A stretch of DNA of 64,000 nucleotides from Azolla caroliniana (lineage: Eukaryota > Plantae > Polypodiophyta). This document shows, piece after piece, positions 50,471-64,000 of the stretch (position 1 is the first letter of the stretch; every line of letters starts with the position of its first letter). Location of the stretch: positions 20,770,001-20,834,000 of the forward strand of contig JBHGNT010000012.1 in NCBI GenBank assembly GCA_043228905.1. Reading direction: 5' to 3'. The position numbers and the translations under genes are program-made. The notes beneath the pieces were generated by a model that worked only from the letters and a program-made list of their open reading frames with translations, searched no databases and had not been told where the DNA came from.

Positions 50471-52392
50471 AGATACAAAATATCAGCATCATATGGTCAC
50501 AGTCAGCTGCAACAATGGTCTTTTCCTTTGTTAATCTTTTGGAAGTGGTATCTCTCTTCTAAGTTAATGCTACGATGTGTAGTGAGAGAGAAATTGGATA
50601 TGAAAGAGGCTTTTGTCTGATAAGCTTAACGCTTTCGAAATTCAGGCGAAAAGTTTCAGCATTCATTTTTCTGCGAAAGTTTTTTGTGTAAATTATAAAC
50701 AAGGTCAATACAGTACAAGGCAATGTCAAAACAAAATTTAGCACATGGATATAGTTGGGGGCTGATGCATATATATATATATTTATATATGCATTTTCTT
50801 TTCAAGTTTTATCTTTTGTAATATGGATCTTTTACATGGCCATCCCCATAGGTATGGAGTGAGCATTTTTGCTTGTTGTGGTCTCCCACTAGAAGGGAAG
50901 AATTTTACGAAGAATACACATAATTTCAAAATCATTCAATCTTTCTGTTTGTTTGCCTTTCTACCTCTTTCCAATAGGGGAAAGGAAGTTCAAACTATAT
51001 AAGAAGAAAACAACAGGATTTTGCCCCAAGTTCACCCAAAAACGGTGATGCAAATGTTATGTCTTATATGTTGACCATGGCCTCAATATTCTTTTAGAAG
51101 GAATCACTTTTCTATTTGTTGCTTCTTTAAAATATCAACCTTTTCATAATAAGTATACTGTTATGGGCTAGTTTTGGTTTTATGTTTTAACTTATTTCTT
51201 AATTGCAAGCTCATTGCTAAAATGAGAACAAGATAGATAGTACAGTTTTACAGCATTATAGGCTGTATAGCTTCCATAGACACTGTATAGCTTCTCACAT
51301 TTGTTGCGTACGTTGAGCCTAACATATCATAGGTTATACTGAATGTAACTTGATTGTGCCTCAGGGATTAAGACTACTTTGGAAAGTGATGTTTGGAAAG
51401 TTAAAGGAGATTCATTCTAATGGTCCAATTAGCTACTTTTTTAACAGAATCACAGAATCAAGATAGATAGCTAGAGCTTGGGAGACAGATATGATCTACA
51501 GTATGGAGCTGAGCCCACACTGAGGATCAAATTTGGGTTCTCACAATTGTGTAAACAGCAATCACAAAGGTCCTGGCCGTGGGGGGGTATTTTAAAATGA
51601 TAGAGCAGAAAGCATTAAAAGCTGAATTAGAAAACTCAGTGGCTGAATGTCATTGTTGTGATCTTCCACGAGTTTGGTTGTCGTTAGCAAAGAGGATGCC
51701 TAAAGCTGTTGTGAATGGTGCCATCTTTGGTATGATTACATCCTTGTGGGAATATTTGAACATCAGGTCTAATGTCCTATGTGGCATTCCCAAGTGACAC
51801 ATTCTTTTGTTTTTTTATTAGGTTCAGTAGCATAGGTTATGTATCCTCCTTTTTGGCTTAATATTCGATCACTCCCTTCCCTTTTTCAATATGGGTTTTC
51901 TTCAACGTGTCATGTGATCTTTCAGAAGTGATTTTAAGGGATTCTCCTTGTTTTGGATATGTAACCCTAAATTGGTTTTTGGGCACTACAAACTATTGTC
52001 AAAACATCTGAACATGTCTTCTAAATGTGTGTTAGGTTGAGATGACTAGGGAAAGGCAAGGGTGTGAAAATGTTGTGGTACAGAGGGACATTTCTTTTGT
52101 AGTCGATAGCTTAGTCAATAAGGTACAAATATGCACCCATATATACGAGTAATGAGACTATGTTGATTGGACACCCTAGGTAACTTTGGTTTTATTGATC
52201 TTCATTGAGATGACTTAGTTGATAATGCACACATACTCATTGCTATAAATATCGATTGGATGCCCTTGTTAACATTAGTCTTATTGATTTTCATTGACAT
52301 ATGGTTCCATGCAACAAGATCTAGAGGTATATTAAGAGGCATAAAAAAATCCTGATTTGGAATCATAGAAATCAAGAATCCTTCCCCAGTCT

Positions 52393-54712
52393 TCAAGACT
52401 TACAAATCCCTAGAAAATCTATTAGAGGTGGTGATTTGTTAGATCCGGCATTCTTGTTAGACATGCTTTGGCTTTGGTTATATGTTTCTGCATTCACTTT
52501 GCTTGTAAGTGTAGATAATGAATCTTCAAAGCCCCAAGTGATTGAATCGCTTTGAAAAGAATGGAAGACTCTTGTTTCACCTTCAAAAATTTGCTTTGGC
52601 ACAATGTTATATGGTTGACCTGCAATAACAATCTTAATAGTTACCTCTTGGCATATCTCAATTACTTTTGACAAACTATGTGAAAAGCATGAGAAACCAA
52701 TATTGACAAAGGGAATCCAGTTTTGTATTTGAGGTAAACTGTATGCTCATAATAGACTTGTAAGAAAGATTATGTGTTGGAAGTAAGACTACACTTATTT
52801 TTTAGGACGTGTCTTTAATGTTTCTAATATCAAAATTTCAATAGCTCTTTCCCAAGACATCATTAAGAAGAGTGCCTACAACAAACAACCTTTCTAATGT
52901 GAGCAATAATGAATAATGATTTACAAACACAGTTAATAATTGTTAAAAATACCAAGAGTGCAGTTGCAACTAGTTTTGTGTAGTTGGCACGAATTCCTTG
53001 TAATGCTTGAGATCATGGGTAGATCCATATTGACTTGAGGTGACATATGGATCGAAAATATGCTTGGTTTAAAATTATCATTGACTACATTGTTGTTTGT
53101 TGGGAGTAGATTGTTTGCTAATGATGAGGGGTGACAATGAGTTATTGCATTCACCCCTTGTGTGGCAGATGTTACATTTTTATCTTGTTGTTGTCGACTC
53201 TTGCGAGCCATAATAACATGCCAATGATTCTTCACTGCATTGTCGGTACGACCTGGAAGCAAGCTAGCAATCAATGCCCATTTGTTACCGTAGATGTTGT
53301 GGGCTACCAACAAGCATTGCTCTTCTTCCTTGCTAAATGGTCGTCGATTTATTCGTGGATCGAGTTGGTTGAACCATCGGAGTCGACAACTCTTTCCTAC
53401 ATAATAATATTATAGATCAAATTCAACATTGTTTATTAGGTTATTTGATTTCTATAAACTTTAAATTCCAATGCAAATTGATCCCATATTATATATGATC
53501 TAACCAATGTCACCTTGTTCACGAACGAAAATCTAATAATCTATGTGGTTAAGTTTACATGTATAAAAGCATTAATGAGCGTTACATGATAGCATTGAAA
53601 ATGAAACCATATTGGACATGAGCTTGTCAAAGGTCCAAGGAGTTGTTATAATGATATGTATTTGCAAATTTTCAACAAGCATTAATGAATGGATTAACTT
53701 TAATAAATACAGACACAAGTTGGGAGTTGGGACATTGTTGAGTTACACATTTTTTTAAACTTCCTTGACCTATTCACATGAATTTTTGTGAAGATACTAA
53801 ATTCAGTACTCTCGATAAACTTAAGAAAATGATTGGGAAAAATTGATCACTACCATTAGTATTCATTACTCGTTGTGAAAAGCCGATCGAAAATTTGAAA
53901 GTCTTGATTGGAAATATTTACAAGCAACTAAATTTTGATAGAATTAAGTTGTTAGTATTTTCTCATCATATTTCATGCATGGAAAGGAAACCCTATCTAT
54001 TAAGGAAAATTTCCCACCAGAGTGGAATTCCTAGATCAAAGAGAGAAGGTGATCATTTGGTTTTTCCTTGAGAAGGAAATCTTACCCATTGGAGACATGG
54101 TGTTCTCCGGATCATTCCTTTTCGCCAAGGGGATTATCCATTGGGTCTAATTTGCCAAATCCATTCAATCTAGAGAAATTAACTTCCTTATCCCTTAGCT
54201 CATATTGCTAAAATCCTTTGTCCTATTGGAGAATTTCCTTTTCTTGGATATTGGTTTTCATATTCTTTTGTTTCTAACACATGCTCAAATCCACAATGGT
54301 GGGGTGGAGGGATATATTACTCACATAGAATCATCACAATGAATCACACTTATGTAGTCATGTATATATGAAGCAAGCTAAGGAATAGATTGAACGAATA
54401 CTTGTTCCTAAAAACATGAGATTAATGAGGAACCCTATATTAAACCATTTGGGGGTGGCAATTGATGCATAGATTTCTTATCTACTAACTTATAATTATA
54501 ACTTACATCAAGTTTATATACGAATATATGTTACACAAAAATGGTAATATATTTACACCTGATCTGCCCTTGAGCTCTTCTCCAATCATATTCCAATTAT
54601 GTGGCCCATGACGAGAGACGAGTTCGATGAGCTTGCTATCTTCAGACGGCTTCCAATGGCCTCGAGTGCAACATCGAGGACTCGTTTTAATGTTGAAGCT
54701 TGTTCTAGGCAT
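52393..54712 (-). CDS. Second R2R3-MYB, subgroup-21-like; 3 exons: 54559-54712, 52953-53396, 52393-52619; ~274 aa
   Basis: [36 protein letters not shown] / [47 protein letters not shown] third exon ending [12 protein letters not shown] joins via an inferred phase-1 GT-AG intron. Confidence 0.88.
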
Positions 54713-56729
54713 ATAGGTACTTCTAATGAAGGCATAAACAACTTAATAAGAATTAAGAAGGAAAAATAAAAAAACTATAATTTGCAATGAGCAATCTCCC
54801 AATGATATTCCAATAATTCTTATTTGTTGAAGGGTCTATCGACATTAGCGAACTCTCAAGGTTGATAAGGAGATTTAATTTAGCACCATTCTCAAGGCAT
54901 GTTTTTCGTTGTTTTCTTGAAGTATGTTGATGTTGGGTAGAAATGCAAGGAAGGATAATGATAATGAATGGTGAGTTAAGGGATGATTGATGATGAACGA
55001 GATATCTCTTGATTAACAACCTAGTAACACTTGAGACGTGTAAGAATGAGTATCTACCACAACTAGGTATGTGAACAAATGAATGGAATGGAATAGGTTC
55101 TTTCTTTTATAATAGCAGAGCACATCGTATTTGCATGAGAATGAGGTTTGTTATACTAATGTTTTTGGATTACAATATTTTGTTCCTTTTTAGGTATTAG
55201 TTATTATAGACAACTAGAGACTTGGACAAAAGGAAAAAATATGTAGATATTTCAAATTTAGAAAACATACTAGAAACTAGTAACTAAGTCTAATAACAAT
55301 TAGCCAATGTTGGTTAAAGTCAATGAGTGAACAAGCAATTTGTAACCAACTCATTATGAAGGTATATCCCCCCCTTATCACTAACCCACTCATTTACGCT
55401 TTTGATGCACGTGCCACATGATCATATGTGCACGAAATACCCAAAACAATGTGTAACATGATGCTATGCACACGCACACTAGTTTGACCCGTTGATTAAA
55501 TTTTTTTCATTTGTAATAGAACGTTATATACGTATTTTCAATTAATGGGACTCTAGAAGTTGCTTGTATGATATATGCGTTTTCGTTTAGGAGATCATCC
55601 ACATCCATGAACAAGCATAACAAAACTCTAATGGTCAAGATTATAGGTATATTCAATTAATGGGACTCTTGACGATGTTTCGCGGTGTTTGAGGAGGACA
55701 TGTACATCCATGAAAGAATTTAGCAAAACTTGTTGTCGAGAGTGTAACCGTCAATAATTTAACAGAAGGACATTAGCATAATATATATTAAACAATGCAC
55801 TCGAAAAAGACGACGAATCCGATTGTTAGATATTATTGTCTTCAAAAGACAACTTTTAACGATCAAAAGGGGAAGTGTCTTGATTGTCTTCCACCAAAGC
55901 ATCTTGGTCAATGTATGTTTCATATTAAGGAATTCACGCCATCCTATGACAACTCAACACAACCACGTTTGTTGCAAGATGCTTGATGGATTGGCTTAGA
56001 TTTGGACAGGTGTCTGCCATTATATGACCTAAGGACATTAATTTCAAAGTAATCTCATGAGTGTAGCTTTTGGCTTTGAATATTCTCCATCCAAGAATTT
56101 GTTGCTCAAAAAATTTAAAACAAAACTTAATTTTTATTGAGGTTAGTCCTTCCATGTTAAGAAACTGGGTGAGGGAGTGTTTGCATCTGTCGTGTACACG
56201 ATTTCCCAAGTTGTACAATCACATTGATATGTCGAAGGAGAGATTCAAATCCATTGGGACAACCTTCTCAATTTGTCTTATGAGCCCGGATAAAAAAGAT
56301 ATGCGTAGTTTTGAGATGGCACATACGCGTAAATTACAAAAAAGATTAAGGTGGTGAATGAAGAGTAACTCTACAAATGGAGTAGAAAAACAAATATACA
56401 TGTAGAGTACATGGTTCCTTTCTTTTTTCCATGTACAATGACATGTAGGAGGAAGTTGGTGTAACCGTTACATCAAAGTTATCGCTTATGTGGGTGGGTC
56501 ACGCAATTTGGAAACTTGCCAGGATCTCGGTTCTAGAGGGGTGGGTCCCAATGGAGAAGTCATAGATACTTCCCCCATATTCCGTTTCTCGGACACTCCA
56601 CTCAGTTTCTTACACAATTTAAGGTTTTAGGGGAGAATTAAGCACTTGTCTTTTGGTTCAAAGTTTGAATCTTTGTTGTCGAATGGAATTCAATTCTAAG
56701 GAATTTCAACTCCAAAAAAATTGTAAATT

Positions 56730-58670
56730 TGTTGGTTAAGGGACAAGACGAGGGCCACGTGGGATAAATAACTGTGTCATGTTGTAGAGGACCACGCAAA
56801 ATTACAAGGGCCTCATTACATTGGTGACTTTATATAAATATACAGAGAACCAAACCTCAAACATGTAGACAAGTATCAAGTTTACGTGGCATACTTCCTA
56901 GCCAAATTCTCACATCTTTGTAGCTACACCACCTACACAAGACAAACACTAATACATAGTGAAGAAAGGCCAAAACATAATTCTCACTATTTATTAGGAT
57001 GTATATAGGTCAACATATGGTAGGGGTTCTGTGTGTTGCTAAAAGTTACATTGTGAGTTGTGTGTGTTTCTTTGTTTTCTCGTTTGTTTTTCTTTGTTGT
57101 CTATTTCTCTTTGTAGGAAAAAAACAGCAACTCAACCACTTCTCCCTCACCCCCAACAGTGGTATCAAAGCTAGCAATGGGCATGGTTTCGGTTCAAATC
57201 GAACCGAACCGAACCGTTAAGCCATGGCTTAACGGTTTATTGGTTCAAAGATAAATAAACCATTTGGTTCGGTTTCAAATATTATGATCTGGTTTGGTTT
57301 CGGTTCAGTTCGGTTTTGAAATTCATGGTTTAGTGGTTTAGCGGCTTATCGGTTTATCGGTTTATCGGTTTGGTTTGGTTTTTAATTTCACGATTTAGCG
57401 GTTTCGGTTTATGTGGTTTGGTTTAAAGGTTTAAAAGTTTTGAAGGTTGATAGGTTTATCGGTTTATAGGTTTGGTTTGGTTCTAAATTTTTCATAAACG
57501 GTTTGGTTTAAATGGCTTCATAAGATTTAAACAGTTTTATTTGGTTTTTAATATAAATAAATAGTTTGATTTGGTTTCAAGGCCAAGAAACCAAACCGAA
57601 CCGAAACCGAACCGCGCCCATTGCTAATCAGAGCGAAGGGTTTGGTGGAAGATTTTGAAGGGAGCCAACCAAAACTTCTATTCATCAGAGTGGTAGAAAT
57701 AGTTCGGTTTTCCCTCTTTGTGTATGTTGTTGCAAGAATTTTCAGCCAAGTGAGGTAATCTCCACTGCAATCTTGTTATAACAAGAACTTTTTTTCCCTT
57801 TTTTAGCCACATTTCAACACACTTTGAAGAGATATTTTTCCCTCTCTCAACCTATAAACAATACACATTTGCTTGTTTCTAGTTTACAAAAGAGTGTCCA
57901 TTGTTTGCCTATATATGTTTAGTAGATTGCAACATAGAAATTGCATGTTAAGTGCTTGCTCACTTGATGTGAGATTGTGAAATGGAAGTTGCTTCTTGAC
58001 TGACATATGAGTGAGGTTGTTTTCTAGGGGGACATACATAGTTCTTTTTGGCCTACAATGATATGTACATATACATCATTTTTACCCACGAAGATAGTTG
58101 TGCACTATAGTGTCACCTCTCATTTGAATGCCTTTGATGGACTATGGTCCCAACCACAAGCTTAAAAAATGACTATTGACGATGAGCTAAAAAGTGTCAT
58201 TCTCTTATGCACTTTGCATGCCTCATGGGACACATTTTGCATTGTTGTTAGCAATCGTGCACCGAATGGGAAATTAGTCTATAATGACATATGTGGAGCT
58301 CTATTGAGTGAGGAAATTCGTAGGAAATCTATGATTACTTTACATAATGGAGATGCATATAATGTGTATGAGGTTGGTTCTCATAATAACCAAAAACATA
58401 ATAGGAGTAAAACAAGAACAATGGCGGAAACAATAGAAGTAGACGCAAGTGTCATTATTTCTATAAGAAGGGACATAGAAAGATTGTTACGCCTTGAAAA
58501 ATAAGGAAAGGGATAATGCTAAATACAAAGGTGATGGGCATGCAAGTGTTGAAGACTGAGGCCAGGCCGTCAATGCGAAAACATCAACAACACTATGTGA
58601 TGAAGATCACCAAGTTGATGACAGAAGTTATCAAGGCAACTTAACAAAGCTCAATATCAAAGAGACAAGA
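56730..58670 (+). mobile_element. Truncated Ty1/copia: 5' LTR ~56730-57158, PBS tggtatca(a/g)agc, gag remnant
   Basis: LTR ends ..ccccaaca followed by an iMet-type PBS. ORF 58169-58504 (IDDELKSVILLCTLHASWDTF..LLSEEIRRK) is a typical copia gag. Confidence 0.8.
57172..57626. mobile_element. hAT-type MITE inserted in the PBS
   Basis: TIRs TAGCAATGGGC / GCCCATTGCTA, 8-bp TSD atcaaagc / atcagagc, and an AACCG/CGGTT-rich interior. Confidence 0.9.
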
Positions 58671-61820
<3,150 letters not shown>

Positions 61821-64000
61821 TGTAAAAGAATAAAATTGCAGAAGCTAAGACAAAATGGATAGCAAAATGGCTCATCTGGATAACAAAAGAATACAAACAC
61901 AGGTTTAATGGAAACCTTACACAAGAGAGACAGAGAGAGCAGAACATTAAACTCAATTTCAAAAATAATAACACTCTGTACATACAATGTGCTCTGTGGG
62001 CACTTTTATACAAGTCCTTAAAAGGGCTGATAGATTCAGTACTGACAAGTACTTCAATGCTCATATGAGCGACTGACACTGACTCCCAAAAATATGCCTA
62101 CGTAGTAGGCTAGATTTGTAGGCCTCTAACGACGTATCGATTCCAATCCGATGTGGCTCTTCGTTCCGGATACTGATCTAGTTCTCCATTCCGGATACCG
62201 ATCTGGCTTTGACTTATTCAGCTGATCCAGACTCAGTTGAGCTTGTCCGGTCAACACTTCCCCTCAAGCTCAACTTGAGGTCGGATCGCAATGTCAGTGT
62301 CAGTGGTAGCCGGTCCTCTCCTTCGGCTCTCCTTGGCGTCTTCCCGCCTTGCTCGCGCTTCTCGACCCGTCTGGTTCCGCTTTCCATGACCCGTCCAGTC
62401 CCGCGCACCTCGAACTTCTCGGTTGGCTTGTTTGCTCATAAGGCCCTTCTCAGCTCCTTCGTTGTTGTGACTTCAACACTTCTCGACCCGTCGGTTCCTC
62501 CGTGACGGTGTCGACTTCCTCTACCTTCTCGTTTGTTTGGCCTTCAGTTGATTCAACTCCTTCCAATCAAACTCTTCTTCAGAATCGGCTGTCTCCGATT
62601 CATTCCAGCTCTTGTTCGAATTGGTTGTCTCCAATTCATCATCAGTCTTCAGGCCCTTCACCACATCGGACCACGTCTAGGTCTTGGCCTTCTCGTTCGG
62701 GTCGAATCTGTCTTTCTTCACTCTGATGTCGTCGCCACTTGTTCCGACTTCATCGGATGTGCCGACTTCTTCAGTAAACTCGGCTTCCTTTTTCTTCTTG
62801 TCTCCCCCTGTTTTCCCGGTTTCCGTTCCAGTGCTCCCCGTATCAGTCCCGGTTCTCCCCCTCAAGTGTGGCATGTCGAGATGTTGAAGACCAAGAATCT
62901 CCAAAAAATGTTGCAACTTGTCGGTTCCAAGGGCTTTCGTGAATATGTTGGCAACTTGCCGATCTGTTCGGACATTCTAGAGTTCTACTTCACCTCTGAG
63001 GACCTGATCATACACAAAGTGATAATGCACTTCTATGTGCTTCGTATGAGCATGGAACACAGGGTACTTGGCTAGCTACATGTTGCTCATGTTGTCGCAA
63101 TAGATCGGGATTGGAGTCAGTACTAGGTCTTGTGGCAGCCGTCGAAGCCAAATGTCTGTTCTCCAAAAAATGTTGCAACTTGTCGGTTCCAAGGGCTTTC
63201 GTGAATATGTTGGCAACTTGCCGATCCGTCCGGACATTCCAGAGTTCTACTTCACCTCTGAGGACCTGATCATACACAAAGTGATAATGCACTTCTATGT
63301 GCTTCGTATGAGCATGGAACACAGGGTACTTGGCTAGCTACATGTTGCTCATGTTGTCGCAATAGATTGGGATCGGAGTCAGTACTAGGTCTTGTGGCAG
63401 CCGTCGAAGCCAAATGTCTTCACATGTGGCAACAGTAGCGTTCAGCCTCAGTGCTCAACAGAGCCACAGTTGTCTGCTTTTTGCTGCTCCACGCAACACC
63501 CGTGCTACCCAAAGAAAACATGAATCCGCAAGTGGACCATCGATCCGACACATCTCCTACCTAGTCGCCATATGTGTTAGTATAAAAGTCCCCGATCCTT
63601 AGTGTCGTTAACATACCACAGTATACGGTGCACGCACTGAAGGTGTGCCACGATCAGTTTCTGCATAAACTAATTGATCATGCCGATCGAATAGCTAATG
63701 TCGGGTCGGGTGATCATTAAATAAACGAGGCTTCCAACAATTTCTTGGAACCGTTTCTCATCGCAGGTTGGTCCGGAGTCAGGATGAAGCTTTAGGTTCC
63801 GATCCAGGGGTGTGGAGATTGGTCGACAATCCGTCATGCCGAACTTGTACAACATATTCAACACGTAATGTCATTGAGATAACAATATGCCATCGGGGGT
63901 GTGGATCACTTCGATCCTGAGGAAGTAATGAAGGTCCCCCAGGTCCTTCATTTCAAATGCATCCGACAACTGGGACTTCACTCGGCTGATTTCAGCAAGG
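61821..64000 (-). mobile_element. Ty1/copia of the same family as 23341-41413: 3' LTR 61821-62256, 3' extra region, RNase H/RT continuing beyond the window
   Basis: The LTR is the reverse complement of 40968-41413. FEMKDLGDLHYFL, IVGSLVYLMITRPDISY and HTKHIEVHYHFV motifs. 262-bp tandem duplication at 62898-63419. Confidence 0.9.

Noticed and set aside
51579-51797. 72-aa ORF between the Rab and second MYB genes
   Set aside because: Non-ATG start, no recognisable motif and no convincing exon context.
53965-54265. Possible old MITE in intron 1 of the second MYB
   Set aside because: Only a weak imperfect inverted repeat and no TSD; not supportable by eye.
55800-56430. Possible LINE or transposase fragment upstream of the second MYB
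   Set aside because: Short broken frames without a diagnostic motif.

Overview
This is eukaryotic land-plant nuclear DNA: AT-rich, with GT-AG introns and TTTAGGG-type motifs; the TE style suggests a seed-free plant such as a fern, but that is only inference. Four host genes can be spliced by hand into intact frames: two R2R3-MYB genes with a subgroup-21-like IDFLG motif (2304-4439 and 52393-54712, minus), an ERD7-like senescence/spartin-domain gene (8875-11485, minus) and a RabE/Rab8-type GTPase (46696-50470, plus). Most of 12-45 kb and 56.7-64 kb is decayed, nested transposable elements, many delimited by target-site duplications (TSDs): Ty1/copia elements, a Ty3/gypsy-like element with extra ORFs, solo LTRs with 4-bp TSDs, a near-intact hAT element, a hAT-type MITE, LINE fragments and two fold-back elements. 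The most unusual signals are: (i) a tRNA-Arg 3'-end/inverted PBS where the gypsy polypurine tract (PPT) should be; (ii) a TG..CA fold-back element with a 5-bp TSD and tRNA-like boxes; (iii) an unclassified TIR element with a 4-bp AACT TSD and a large internal palindrome; (iv) an organellar/bacterial-type tRNA-Val fragment captured inside copia pol; (v) a 47-bp-stem miRNA-like hairpin; (vi) telomeric repeats in opposite orientations on either side of a MYB first exon. All coordinates were read by eye and no database searches were run.
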